Below, in pieces: positions 30,928 through 42,063 of a stretch of DNA of 64,000 bases. A program made the position numbers and the translations under genes. The stretch spans positions 2,208,001 to 2,272,000 of the forward strand of contig CBDANF010000003.1 in assembly GCA_965197475.1 (NCBI GenBank), in the 5' to 3' direction. A model generated the notes under the pieces. The model saw nothing but the letters and a program-made list of their open reading frames with translations, searched no databases and had not been told where the DNA came from. Source of the stretch: Candidatus Poribacteria bacterium. GTDB taxonomy: Bacteria; Poribacteria; WGA-4E; WGA-3G. The first letter of the stretch is position 1, and each line of letters begins with the position of its first letter.

Positions 30928-32244
30928 ATGCAAAAACCCGCAAACATTAACCAACAGATCGTCCGGCTTTCAATCCCAAATATCATCAGCAACTTCTCTA
31001 TCCCGCTTCTGGGGGCAGTGGATATGGCGTTGATGGGTCGTCTGGAAACCGAACACTATCTCGGTGCAGTTGGTATCGGTGGGGTTATCTTCAGTTTTAT
31101 TTACTGGGGATTCGGATTTGTCAGAATGACTACGACGGGGTTGACTGCACAAGCCTTCGGAGAAAACGATACTGCAGAATGTGGTCTGTTGCTACAGCGG
31201 AGTTTATCCATCGGCATCATCGGCAGTCTTTTGCTGTTAATCCTGCAGGGGGTTCTTGCAGATATAAGTTTTATCCTCATAGGCACGAGTCCTGAAGTAG
31301 AAGAACTGGCGCGAACGTATTTTCACATTCGCATCTATGCTGCCCCTGCGACACTCTGCCTACACGCATTCCACGGTGTCTTTCTCGGTTTACAGAATGC
31401 CAATTATCCGATGGTGTTGACAATTATCGTCAACCTCGTAAACATTGTGCTAAATCTGATATTTGTGAACCTGCTCGGAATGAAGGTAGAGGGTGTCGCT
31501 TTGGCGACGGTCATTGCACAGTATGTAGGTCTCATTCTGGCGAGTGCGCTTTTCTTGGCGCGCTATCGTAATCTCCTTACAACGTGGGACTTCCGAAAAG
31601 TCCCTGCGTTTTCTAAACTGAAGCGATTTCTCAGTATCAGCAGCGACATCTTTATTCGGACACTCTGTCTTGTGTTTAGTTTTGCCTACTTTACTGCACA
31701 ATCAGCGGCTTTGAGTGATGCCTTCTTGGCAATTAACACTATTTTGCTCCAGTACATTAATCTAATGTCATACGCAATTGATGGGTTCGCATTTGCGGCG
31801 GAGAGCATGGTTGGCAAATATAAAGGCGCGCAGGATATGCAGAATCTAAAACGGACAACGCGCCAGATTTTTCTATGTGCCTTTCTGTTCGGCGGCGTGG
31901 TGATGTTGATTTTTTTTGTATTTGGAAAACAGTTGCTCTATCTCTTCACGGATCAAGTCAAGCTGATCGAACAAGCAAAACCTTATCTTGTTTGGATAAT
32001 TGTCGCGCCTATTGTCAACGTTGCTGCGTATATTTGGGATGGGATATACCTCGGCGCGACCGCCTCAAAACCGTTGCGGAATTCTATGATTATCTCAATG
32101 CTGCTCTTTTTGGGTGCTGTGTATCTGTTGATGCCTTTTGGGAATCATGGGCTTTGGGGTGCATTGACGCTGCTTTTGGTTGTGCGCGGTGTGGCGTTGA
32201 CGGTGTTGGCACCGAAACATCTGTTTAGTGTGGCGAAAGATTGA
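30928..32244 (+). CDS. MATE family efflux transporter (DinF-like)
   Basis: PLLGAVD, GFVRMTTTGLTAQAFG, YAIDGFAFAAE. Confidence 0.92.
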   Translation: MQKPANINQQIVRLSIPNIISNFSIPLLGAVDMALMGRLETEHYLGAVGIGGVIFSFIYWGFGFVRMTTTGLTAQAFGENDTAECGLLLQRSLSIGIIGSLLLLILQGVLADISFILIGTSPEVEELARTYFHIRIYAAPATLCLHAFHGVFLGLQNANYPMVLTIIVNLVNIVLNLIFVNLLGMKVEGVALATVIAQYVGLILASALFLARYRNLLTTWDFRKVPAFSKLKRFLSISSDIFIRTLCLVFSFAYFTAQSAALSDAFLAINTILLQYINLMSYAIDGFAFAAESMVGKYKGAQDMQNLKRTTRQIFLCAFLFGGVVMLIFFVFGKQLLYLFTDQVKLIEQAKPYLVWIIVAPIVNVAAYIWDGIYLGATASKPLRNSMIISMLLFLGAVYLLMPFGNHGLWGALTLLLVVRGVALTVLAPKHLFSVAKD

Positions 32245-32355
32245 TAATTTCTACTTACCTCAATCCACAATTCATTATATTTTCTTGACAACTTTACTAT
32301 TTTATGAAACAATCATAAGAAGACATATAGAACTTTTTGGAAAAGACGAGGCAGG

Positions 32356-32844
32356 ATGAGTACAGCAACAGTTGCGATAATTGTTAGTGTAATATCAACA
32401 GGTATAGCACTTTTCTCGCTCGGATGGAACATCTATCGTGATATTGTTTTAAAGCCAAGACTAAAAATTACGTTTGGAGTAAGAGAACTTGTAACACCAG
32501 GTTCCAATGAAAAACCTGAGTTTGTTTATATTTCAGCAACGAACTTTGGTCCGGGTTCCACCACAGCTACGATGGTTCATACTCGAAAGACATCATTCTA
32601 GAGACGACTTCTGAAAAAGACAAAAGAGGGTATAGTTATGCACTCTGGCGAACTTCCGAAGAAACTTGAGGTCGGAGAAGATGTTTACCTCCTTTTTCCA
32701 TACGATAGAAACTGTTTGCTGAAAACAGAATGGAGTCATGTTGGAATCCATGACTGTTTTAGAAAAACACATTGGGCAAAGTCGCAGGATTTAAAGGATG
32801 CCCGCAAAAGGTGGCTAAGCGATTTTGGACCCAAGACAACTTAA
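32356..32844 (+). pseudogene. Membrane-anchored hypothetical protein interrupted by one in-frame TAG (32599-32601)
   Basis: ORFs 32356..32601 and 32638..32844 are in frame: RKTSF-TAG-RRLLKKTKEGIVMH. Confidence 0.65.
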
Positions 32845-32883
32845 CTAAGAGATTTGTTACAAGCATAGAAAATAAAGGAATCT

Positions 32884-34986
32884 ATGACACAACCCGACAT
32901 CATCCAAACCATCCTAAAAGATAGCAATTACCACCTTGACCTATTCAACGAATCCGAAATTCAGGATTTACGCCAAAATGTGGAAGGCAATGAAAATAAC
33001 CCGTTCGTTCACTGTGCTGTCCGAGGGAAAGCGGTTCAGCTAAAACCGGAGGAGGTTGTTCGTCAACTTTATGCCGAACGACTTCTGAAACAGTATCAAT
33101 ATCCGCGAGACCGTGTCAGGTTTGAACACCCCGTCAACTTCGGTAGAGAAAAGAAACGCTCCGACATCGTTATCCTTGACAAGGACAGAACAGATACTCC
33201 TTATATTATCGTTGAGGTAAAAAAACCGAAACTTCAAGATGGTAAGGATCAACTCCGATCCTACTGCAACGCCACGGGTGCGCCCATTGCTGTATGGACA
33301 AACGGACAGCAGATTTCACACTACCACCGAAAAGACCCGAATTACTTTGAAGAAATTACCGATATTCCCAACGCGGATCAAACCCTCGCCGATATCCTCA
33401 ACGAACGTTTTACACTCAAAGACCTCATACTCAAAGACAAACTCGCAGCGGAACGGAAATCCCTAAAGAATATCATTCTGGAATTAGAGGATGAGGTGCT
33501 TGCCAACGCAGGCGTAGATGTTTTTGAAGAGGTTTTCAAACTCATCTTTACCAAACTCTATGACGAATTTAAAAGTCAAAGCGACAAAGAATATATCAAC
33601 CGTATTCTAAGACAGCAAGCCAACACCGCTATTCAGGAATCAACTGGCTCATACACTGCCAACGGTTCAGACTATGAAACTCTCAAGAGAATAGTTCGGG
33701 GAATTCCAGATGAACATATAGAACGCCCTATGGAATTCAGAAACACGGGGCAAACCGATGCCGAACTGAAAACCAAAATTCAGCACCTTTTTGACGATGC
33801 CAAAAACCAGTGGAAAGGCGTTTTTCCTGAATACTCGGCTTTTGAACTTTCTGATAGCCATCTTGCAGTTTGTGTGTCCAGTTTGCAGGATATTAAGTTG
33901 TTCAACTCCAATCTTCAGGTTGTTGATGAAGCGTTTGAATATCTTGTGAGCAAATCCGCAAAAGGTGAGAAAGGACAATACTTCACACCGCGGCACGTGA
34001 TTGACATGTGCGTCAAAATGCTCAATCCCAAACGCGGTGAGTATATGATTGATACAGCTTCTGGCAGTTGCGGTTTTCCGGTGCATACCATTTTCAAAAT
34101 TACTGGCACCCTTTTCACGAATGCAGAAATCCCACCCAAAGACAAAGAACACGTCCTCAAAGTGTTTGGGATTGACTTTGACGAAAAGACCGTTCGGGTT
34201 GCACGAACCCTCAACCTCATCGCGGGAGATGGTGAGGCAAACGTCTTGCACCTCAACACACTTGACTATGAGCGGTGGAGCGACAGAACCGAAAAAGATC
34301 GCGTATGGATAATGACCTACGGCAGAGGATTTGACCGACTCAAAGCACTCAGAGCAGAACCAACGGAGAACAAACTTTTTAACTTTGATATTCTGATGGC
34401 AAATCCGCCTTTTGCTGGGGATATCAAGGAGAGCCGCATCATACACAAATACAACCTCTGTTTTAAGGGAAACAATAAGGCACAAACTAAGGTCGGGCGC
34501 GACATTCTGTTTATTGAGCGCAATTTAGACTTCCTCAAACCCGGCGGACGTATGGCGATTGTGCTGCCACAAGGCAGATTCAATAATACATCCGACAAAT
34601 ACGTCCGTGATTTTATCGCAGAACATGCCCGAATCTTGGCTGTAGTCGGACTGGATACCAACACCTTCAAACCGCATACTGGCACCAAAACAAGCGTGCT
34701 GTTTCTGCAGAAATGGAACGATGATCCAGACCAAGGACCGCTTTGTCCTAAAGTTGAAGACTACCCAACCTTTTTTGCTGTCTCCGAAAAAGGTGGTAAG
34801 GATAACTCTGGCGATTATGTGTATCTACAAAACGAAAATGGGCAGTCCAAATTAGACGATAACGGACACCTGATTGTAGAACACGACTTACACAATCACA
34901 ACGAAGAATTGTCCGATGGGATCGCTGAAACTTTTATTGCGTGGGCAAAAAGTGAAAAATTGCCGTTTTGGGAAGATGCCGAATGA
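32884..34986 (+). CDS. Fused restriction (HsdR-N-like) and N6-adenine methyltransferase
   Basis: SDIVI...IIVEVK nuclease motif; GQYFTPR, DTASGSCGF, NPPF. Confidence 0.9.
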   Translation: MTQPDIIQTILKDSNYHLDLFNESEIQDLRQNVEGNENNPFVHCAVRGKAVQLKPEEVVRQLYAERLLKQYQYPRDRVRFEHPVNFGREKKRSDIVILDKDRTDTPYIIVEVKKPKLQDGKDQLRSYCNATGAPIAVWTNGQQISHYHRKDPNYFEEITDIPNADQTLADILNERFTLKDLILKDKLAAERKSLKNIILELEDEVLANAGVDVFEEVFKLIFTKLYDEFKSQSDKEYINRILRQQANTAIQESTGSYTANGSDYETLKRIVRGIPDEHIERPMEFRNTGQTDAELKTKIQHLFDDAKNQWKGVFPEYSAFELSDSHLAVCVSSLQDIKLFNSNLQVVDEAFEYLVSKSAKGEKGQYFTPRHVIDMCVKMLNPKRGEYMIDTASGSCGFPVHTIFKITGTLFTNAEIPPKDKEHVLKVFGIDFDEKTVRVARTLNLIAGDGEANVLHLNTLDYERWSDRTEKDRVWIMTYGRGFDRLKALRAEPTENKLFNFDILMANPPFAGDIKESRIIHKYNLCFKGNNKAQTKVGRDILFIERNLDFLKPGGRMAIVLPQGRFNNTSDKYVRDFIAEHARILAVVGLDTNTFKPHTGTKTSVLFLQKWNDDPDQGPLCPKVEDYPTFFAVSEKGGKDNSGDYVYLQNENGQSKLDDNGHLIVEHDLHNHNEELSDGIAETFIAWAKSEKLPFWEDAE

Positions 34987-36429
34987 AAGGAGATAGATGC
35001 TGCCCAGGATGGACACGCCAACGTACAGTATTCAATCGTTAATTACCAATCCGTTACAGACAGTTCGCATTCTATAAGGCTTGATGCAGAGTTTTTCCAT
35101 CCCGACTACCTGAAGATCCAGCACCAACTTAAAGAAATCGGTTCACATAAACTAATTGATTTACAAGTCAAGATAAGGCATCCCAAAGAGATAAAGCGAA
35201 ATTATGTGGATGATGGCATTCTATTTTTAAGAGCACAAAACGTTCGTCCGCTGTCCATTGATCTGACATCAAATCCTGTCTATATTTCAGAAGAAGACGC
35301 AGAACGTTTACAAGAAAACACGATACATAACAAAGACATTTTGATAACAAGGACAGGAGCAAATGCAGGTCAGTGTGCTATTTATCTTGAAAATAGAGAT
35401 GCTATCTCATCATCTCACACGTTCATTGTCAAAAGTGGAAATCTAAACCCTTTTTTTCTCGCTATTTTTTTCAATACTACGTATGGCACAACATTAATAG
35501 AGAGAGGTAGATACGGTAGTACCCAGCCTGAAATTGCTCCACCTTTTTTATATCAAATTCCGATACCTGTTTGGGATGTCCTACTATCCGTAATCGAAAA
35601 AACCTATCTCCAATCTAAAGAACTAACAGAACTATCAAAAGCACGTTATACCGAAGCACAAGACCTCCTCCTCTCCGAGCTCGGTCTCGCCGACTGGCAA
35701 CCGAAGCAGCAGCTAACATTTGTCAAAAACTTTTCCGACACTGAGTCTGCTGGACGATTTGATGCGGACTATTTTCAACCGAAATATGATGATATTGTCA
35801 ACGCCATCAAAAGTTGTACAGGCGGTTGGGATACGTTGGAAAATCTGGTCACACTGAAAAAATGCGTTGAGGTTGGGAGCAAAGCGTATATTGAGGATGG
35901 AATCCCTTTTGTTCGGGTGAGTAATCTCAGTCCTTTTGAAATCACACAAGAGAAATATATTTCTGAAGAATTATACGCGGAGATTGCGGAACATCAACCG
36001 AAACGGAGAGAGATTTTACTCAGTAAGGATGCAACCCCAGGTATTGCGCATTATTTACGCGAAGCACCCGAAAAGATGATCCCTGCTGGAGGCATACTCC
36101 GCTTGAAAAACAAATCTGATAAAATCAATAATGAATACTTGACTCTGGTGCTTAATTCTATCCTGACACAGGAACAGGTTAATCGGGATGTGGGCGGTTC
36201 AGTAATTCTCCATTGGCGACCAGACCAAGTTGCGGGAACAGTCATTCCTATTCTACACCAAGACAAGCAAGCCGAAATTGAGCAGAAAGTAATTGAATCC
36301 TTCAACGGACGCAAACGTGCCAAAGACCTTTTAGAATCTGCCAAACGCGCAGTTGAAATTGCTATTGAGCAGGGTGAACAGGCTGCTATTGATTGGTTGG
36401 AGGCTGTTTCAGAAGTGGTTAATAATTAG
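34983..36429 (+). CDS. R-M specificity (S) subunit with two TRDs; start unresolved
   Basis: RLDAEFFHPDY (upstream of the called ORF, same frame) and RFDADYFQPKY repeats; DILITRTG and EILLSKDA. Confidence 0.85.
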
Positions 36430-36520
36430 AGTTATGAGTTATGATAGACTTGTAATTTTTGCCTCGTTATGATAGACTTTGTTTAATACTTGTGGCAACG
36501 CCAATACTTAGGAGCATGTC

Positions 36521-36847
36521 ATGACAGACATTGAAAGTAGCATACTTAAAAATTTAGAGGATCATCGGATTCAAAAAGAAGAGACTCAAAGAGAATTAAA
36601 TAGGGTTGAGTCTCGTTTTGATAATCGGATTAGTGAGGTTAAAATGGATTTTGGGAAAGACATAACACACGTCAGAGGCGAGGTTGCACAAGTCAAAGCG
36701 GACCTTGAGAAAGATATCAGAGAAGTCCAAATAGATCTTAGAGATGACATCAAAGGCATAAGATCACATATCACAGCATTAACGGTTCTCGGTGTTACAA
36801 GTCTTCTTACACTGATAGGTCTTTTTATTACCGTATTTCTAAAATAA
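36521..36847 (+). CDS. Coiled-coil protein with C-terminal TM (DUF1640/CCDC90-like)
   Basis: Heptad repeats followed by a terminal hydrophobic helix. Confidence 0.65.
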   Translation: MTDIESSILKNLEDHRIQKEETQRELNRVESRFDNRISEVKMDFGKDITHVRGEVAQVKADLEKDIREVQIDLRDDIKGIRSHITALTVLGVTSLLTLIGLFITVFLK

Positions 36848-36866
36848 TACTCAACAGAGGAGATGA

Positions 36867-37169
36867 ATGATGTCAGAAAGAGCACCTGGTTTTGAAGAAT
36901 ACACGCCATCTCGGTTAGAATGGTTAGCAACGATGTTAAATTCATTTTTACCATATACGAACGTGCCACTCACCAGAACACTTAATATGGTATTTGTTCC
37001 AGGGGGCGATGGGAAAACGCTTATATTAAGGGTTCGTTATTCTAAAGAAACAGATTCAAAAACAGTGCAACAATACATAGAGAACGGGAAGTTAAGCGTT
37101 AAAGAATTTGCCGCAATATACAAATGGGATTCTTGGATTCAGATTGAAGTGCAACATGATGCAGAGTAA
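36867..37169 (+). CDS. Hypothetical protein
   Basis: GAGGAG RBS; 100-aa ORF. Confidence 0.6.
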   Translation: MMSERAPGFEEYTPSRLEWLATMLNSFLPYTNVPLTRTLNMVFVPGGDGKTLILRVRYSKETDSKTVQQYIENGKLSVKEFAAIYKWDSWIQIEVQHDAE

Positions 37170-37213
37170 ATGGTTACCTATGTGGCAGAGGGAAAAAGAT
37201 CAGGAGAAGCCCA

Positions 37214-37432
37214 ATGAGTTTAGAGATGTACTATTTTGACAAGAATCGAGAATTTGTCACGCAAACAGCATCCAGCATGGAAGAGGCAATCAAAGAAGCA
37301 GGCTTCGATTTTGTTAATTGCACAGATGAGTTTTTAAAGGAAATAACAGAGGGGGCGGGAAACTCGTATGCCAGAGTCCTTTTTGAGTATTTGAAAATTA
37401 GGAGAGACATCCAACAAAAAAATAAGCCCTGA
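37214..37432 (+). CDS. Hypothetical protein
   Basis: AGGAG RBS; 72-aa ORF. Confidence 0.55.
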   Translation: MSLEMYYFDKNREFVTQTASSMEEAIKEAGFDFVNCTDEFLKEITEGAGNSYARVLFEYLKIRRDIQQKNKP

Positions 37433-37494
37433 GACCTATTTCCTAAACCGTTAAAAATTTCGCTTTAAAAATAACACGACAGTGAGGTAGTACC

Positions 37495-39135
37495 ATGCAT
37501 AACAAACCCCCAACTATTGGCGAATACCTACTCAAAAAACTCGAAAACTACGACATTGAACACATCTTCGGCATCCCAGGCGATTATGTGTTGCGATTCT
37601 ACAATCTGATTGAAAAGAGTCCCATTCAACACATCGGCATGACACGCGAAGATGCAGCTGGTTATGCAGCAGATGCCTATGCACGTACGAAAGGTATGGG
37701 TGCCGCCTGTATCACATACTGCGTTGGCGGGTTATCAATGGTGAACGCTATCGCCGGTGCTTATGCCGAAAAATCACCTGTTGTTGTGATTAGCGGGGCA
37801 CCGGGTATCAAAGAACGTGGAAAAGATGCCCTCCTCCACCATAAAGTCAGGGATTTCCATACGCAGCAACGCATCTATGACGAAATCACCGTAGCAACTA
37901 CCCTACTTGAAGAACCTTTTACCGCTTTCAACGAGATTGATCGAGTACTTGATGCTGTATATCACTACAAACGTCCGGGGTACATAGAACTTCCGCGTGA
38001 TATGGTAGATGTGCGCGGCACCCTCTATCGTCGTCCTTCAACTGATGGACACCTTAGCGATCCCGAAACGTTGAATGCTGCTGTTGAAGACGCGCTTAAC
38101 TTTATTAATCAAAGTAAAAACCCAGTAATCCTCGCGGGTGTAGAACTTCACAGATTCGGCTATCAAGACAAATTACTCAAACTCGTTGAAGATAAACGTA
38201 TCCCTGTTGTTGCTACGCTTCTCGGCAAATCCGTGATACCGGAATCACATCCGTTATATTTAGGAATTTATGAAGGTGCGATGGGGAGAAAGGAAATTAG
38301 TGAGTTCGTTGAAGATTCCGATTGTGTTATTATTCTCGGTGCGTTTATGACCGATGTGAACCTTGGGATTTACACCGCAAACCTTGACCGTGCGCGCTCA
38401 ATCTACGCTACATCGGAAAAAATAATGGTTCGCTACCATACCTACGAAACAGTAATGTTTGACGATTTTATTGATGGGATCAATTCACCACAACTCCGAA
38501 GACGAAAAAAACCTAATTTAGGATGGGCTTCACCAGATGCAGCACCGTTTGAAGTCAAACCTAATGCCCCTTTAACAGTTGAACGTCTGTTCCAACACCT
38601 CAACGAATTCATTAGTGCGGAACTCACGGTGATCGCTGATGTCGGAGATAGTCTCTTCGGTGCAGCTGAATTGCGGATACATCAACACACAAATTTTATC
38701 AGTCCCGCCTACTATACCTCAATGGGTTTTGCGGTGCCAGCATCTGTTGGTGCGCAACTTGGCACACCGAACACCCGTCCCCTCGTAATCGTGGGGGACG
38801 GTGCCTTCCAAATGACAGGCACAGAACTGTCAACCACCGTTCGTTATGGACTCAACCCGATTGTTCTTCTCTTAAACAACCACGGATATGGAACGGAGCG
38901 GCATCTGCTTGAAGGAAAATTTAACGATATCGGATGTTGGAACTATAGCTGCCTGCCTTCACTCTTTGGGGCTGGACGTGGGTTCCATGTCCGAACCGAA
39001 GCCGAATTTGAGGAGGCGATGAAAACCGCTTTAGCTGAGACGCAACACTTTACGCTTATTGAGGCAGAACTGGAAAAATTAGACAGGTCCCCAGCACTTG
39101 CTCGGTTAGCAGAACGGATGTCTGAAACGGTCTGA
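37495..39135 (+). CDS. TPP-dependent alpha-keto acid (indolepyruvate/phenylpyruvate-type) decarboxylase
   Basis: FGIPGDY, LLHH, GDGAFQMT...LNNHGY. Confidence 0.92.
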   Translation: MHNKPPTIGEYLLKKLENYDIEHIFGIPGDYVLRFYNLIEKSPIQHIGMTREDAAGYAADAYARTKGMGAACITYCVGGLSMVNAIAGAYAEKSPVVVISGAPGIKERGKDALLHHKVRDFHTQQRIYDEITVATTLLEEPFTAFNEIDRVLDAVYHYKRPGYIELPRDMVDVRGTLYRRPSTDGHLSDPETLNAAVEDALNFINQSKNPVILAGVELHRFGYQDKLLKLVEDKRIPVVATLLGKSVIPESHPLYLGIYEGAMGRKEISEFVEDSDCVIILGAFMTDVNLGIYTANLDRARSIYATSEKIMVRYHTYETVMFDDFIDGINSPQLRRRKKPNLGWASPDAAPFEVKPNAPLTVERLFQHLNEFISAELTVIADVGDSLFGAAELRIHQHTNFISPAYYTSMGFAVPASVGAQLGTPNTRPLVIVGDGAFQMTGTELSTTVRYGLNPIVLLLNNHGYGTERHLLEGKFNDIGCWNYSCLPSLFGAGRGFHVRTEAEFEEAMKTALAETQHFTLIEAELEKLDRSPALARLAERMSETV

Positions 39136-39240
39136 ATTCTCTCTAAGACAGTATTCTAATCAGAACTACGCAAATATGTGTAAGCGCGCTGTTAGTAGTG
39201 TTAAAGAATTTGAGGTTTGACTATAAACCCAATTCCCCTT

Positions 39241-40056
39241 CTATAAGGCAGCTATTTTCTCGCTCAAAAATTTTACACAGAAAGGCACTTGTTCTTCAGA
39301 AAGTCCGTGCAGTACTACCGCACCATTATAGCCACTATCCTTTAGCAAACCGAGATATTGATCGTAATCCAGTAACCCTGTACCAGCAGCGAGGTGTCCT
39401 GCTTGACCATCACGATCCAGATCTTTCGCGTGTGCAAGGGCGATATCAGCACCAAGAAGTGTGAACGCTTCTTCAAGAATTTCACCCATCTTCGGCAATT
39501 CCCCCTTATGAAAGATGTTCGCTCCGTCCATGACTACCTTAAGATACGGTGATTGCATCTGATCAAGCAGACGACGCGCTTTTTGCGCCGAGTCAATCAC
39601 GTTTGACACTTCGGGTTCTAACGCCAATGTCACCTTGTATTCCTCAGCGATCTCCAACGCCTTTTCCATAGATTCCACGAGGTCTCTCCATGCAGATGTT
39701 GAGTTATTATCAGGGTGAGCGCGCCACATGCTATTCGGATCACGAGAACCTGTGCAGAGCGTGATTACAGATGTACCAAGAGTCTCACACTGTTTCGCAA
39801 CGAAGCGTAACATACATAAACCTGCTTGACGTTTCTGAACATCAGGGTCAATCATGTTGTAGGTGCCCGAAAGTGCTGATATTTTTATCTGTCTGGCATC
39901 CATTTCATTGCGAACTTCCGCAAGGGATGAGGCATCTGCGGGAACATGGTATTGTAAGTTGTAGATACCGTGTTCTGCCACAACATCAAGGGTTTCTCCC
40001 AAAGTTTCCCGCCGAATTGTGCCCTCCATTAGACCAATATGCATTAGCCGCTCCAA
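39241..40056 (-). CDS. Sugar phosphate isomerase/epimerase (xylose isomerase-like TIM barrel)
   Basis: LALEPE, MDGAN, AHAKD. Confidence 0.88.
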   Translation of the reverse strand: MERLMHIGLMEGTIRRETLGETLDVVAEHGIYNLQYHVPADASSLAEVRNEMDARQIKISALSGTYNMIDPDVQKRQAGLCMLRFVAKQCETLGTSVITLCTGSRDPNSMWRAHPDNNSTSAWRDLVESMEKALEIAEEYKVTLALEPEVSNVIDSAQKARRLLDQMQSPYLKVVMDGANIFHKGELPKMGEILEEAFTLLGADIALAHAKDLDRDGQAGHLAAGTGLLDYDQYLGLLKDSGYNGAVVLHGLSEEQVPFCVKFLSEKIAAL

Positions 40057-40170
40057 TTTATGAAGAATAATACAAAAATCATAAGGGAAAATATCGTATA
40101 TTATGAAAATATGTAGACATTTTAGTGAACGACAGGTACAAACTCCCTGCCCCCTGGTAGACGAGGTTTC

Positions 40171-42024
40171 CTAACCTCTAATCCCCATGACTTCAAGTTG
40201 GGCAATCTGCTCCAACCATGATTCTCGGATTTCAGAGGAGTAGTCCCCAGGAAGTAGAGATTTACGGGTGCAATTCAGAAACGCTTGCAAGGTTTGATAC
40301 TTCCGTATTGGACCAATATTGGGTAGAATTCTATCGGATATAACGTCAATGATCTCATCTACAGACAAGGCACCTTTACGGTTCTTTGCAGCTTCAAGGT
40401 CGGCGCGGAGAGACGCAAAACTCGCAGCAGAATACCCTTCAGTTTGCGCAAGAAGGAGCTCAAACACTTCATCCGAAATCTCGCCTTTGAAAACGTTGCT
40501 GAGCGTCCAACGGAGAAATGTTTTGCGGTCCTCGCCAGTGGGATCAAGAACAGGAATTACGATGTCACCAACCCTGCCTTCTCTTCGAAGGTCCGGCGAC
40601 AGATTATAGATACGCGCGGTCATCAGCAGCCATGTGATATTACCGCGTAATTGTGGGTCAGACATCATCGCTTGTATCTTTCCAGTGAGTCTACGTTCAG
40701 TGGCGTGTGCATCCCTACCGACATCGCCGAATTGAGTATCTGCTTCATCGACAAAAATTAGCACATTCACGAGTGCCATCAGCAATCGTCTAAGACGTTC
40801 AAAGACGACATCCGTTTGTCCGAACCACATGCTGCGAATATTCTTGAGTACTAACACGGGGATATCAAGTTCACCTGCAAGCCCTTCAAAAATAAAAGTT
40901 TTTCCGCTTCCTATCGGTCCGCAGACGCTCAGTCCAGAGATAGAATCTTTCCCTGTAGATGTGATGCGGGGAATTATCTGCGTTCTTAAAAACTCAATCA
41001 GTTTCTGATTGCCGACAATATCTTTCAGGGTGTGTGCAGGCTTTTTAAATTCGACAACATCCTCACCTAATTGTGCTTGGATAAACTCAGAAACTTTTTC
41101 TATTACAATGTCTGGGCGCAGTTTTTCACCAGAATAACAGACTGAAATAAGCAGTTGGCGTAAAGCCTGGACAGATAATCCTGCTGTTAATATAGCGAGT
41201 TGCGATTGGCTTCCCCAGAGATTGAGTTCTTTACCTGCTGGTTTTTGGGTTCTGTTGAACCATGAAATAAAATGTCTTCGTGCTTCCACCTGCGGAGATT
41301 GGATTTCTACGTCAACAACTTGCGGCAAACGCATGATACGGGAGTTGACTAAACTCTTAGATTCAGCAATAAAGACAACAGTATCTGTGCCCTTCATGAA
41401 ATCAGAGTCAGAAATCCAATCTTGAACGATGCTGATCCTATGCCTATCAGCTAAACTTAAACTTCGGATTTCCCCTTCAGGGAGCAACATATCTGTTGCT
41501 TCTATAAAAATAAGCAGCTTATCTTTTAAAAACTGTTCTCCGCGTACATTGGCAGATCGCGAAATCAAACAGAATTGTCGTAGCAGTTCAAGTGCTAAGG
41601 TTGGGCTTCCGATAGCATCGTTGAGATATTGGTCAAACAAGCCATCAGAGGTATCAGCGGATTTATCTGCTTTAGGATTCGGGTTTTCCACCCTATTTGG
41701 GAGCGCGAAGAGGTTTGTAGCTTTTTTCTGTAAAGATTCAGTAGCCCCTCGCCATGAGTTAAAAGCTTCTTTTACCTTATCTCGGTCGCGTGTGTATAGA
41801 AATCGGAGTGGTCCGTTGAGCTCATACACTATCAGGATAAAACCTGGAATATCCCAACCCTGTGTAAGGAAGGGAACCAACGGAATATAATCTTCCTCTT
41901 TTGATTCTTCAATAAAAAAGAGGTCATGGATATTTCCGTGAAGGGTAATGCTTCGCGATGTGCCAGAATTAATAAGCATGCCAGCTTCTGTACGGAATTT
42001 GTAAGTAGGGTCTTTAATAGCTAT
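40171..42024 (-). CDS. Classical AAA+ ATPase (degenerate N-terminal AAA module plus active C-terminal module)
   Basis: Walker A GPIGSGKT, pore loop SMWFG, Walker B IFVDEAD, SRH PDLRREGR; frame open to an ATA at 42024 with GGAGG 8 nt upstream; first ATG at 41979. Confidence 0.9.
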   Translation of the reverse strand: MAIKDPTYKFRTEAGMLINSGTSRSITLHGNIHDLFFIEESKEEDYIPLVPFLTQGWDIPGFILIVYELNGPLRFLYTRDRDKVKEAFNSWRGATESLQKKATNLFALPNRVENPNPKADKSADTSDGLFDQYLNDAIGSPTLALELLRQFCLISRSANVRGEQFLKDKLLIFIEATDMLLPEGEIRSLSLADRHRISIVQDWISDSDFMKGTDTVVFIAESKSLVNSRIMRLPQVVDVEIQSPQVEARRHFISWFNRTQKPAGKELNLWGSQSQLAILTAGLSVQALRQLLISVCYSGEKLRPDIVIEKVSEFIQAQLGEDVVEFKKPAHTLKDIVGNQKLIEFLRTQIIPRITSTGKDSISGLSVCGPIGSGKTFIFEGLAGELDIPVLVLKNIRSMWFGQTDVVFERLRRLLMALVNVLIFVDEADTQFGDVGRDAHATERRLTGKIQAMMSDPQLRGNITWLLMTARIYNLSPDLRREGRVGDIVIPVLDPTGEDRKTFLRWTLSNVFKGEISDEVFELLLAQTEGYSAASFASLRADLEAAKNRKGALSVDEIIDVISDRILPNIGPIRKYQTLQAFLNCTRKSLLPGDYSSEIRESWLEQIAQLEVMGIRG

Positions 42025-42063
42025 CGTTTTTCCCTCCGTCTTGGGTAGTTGCAGGCTTACTTA

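Noticed and set aside
34984-34986. Selenocysteine at the methylase TGA
   Set aside because: No redox motif, no evident SECIS hairpin, and the position is an inter-domain linker.
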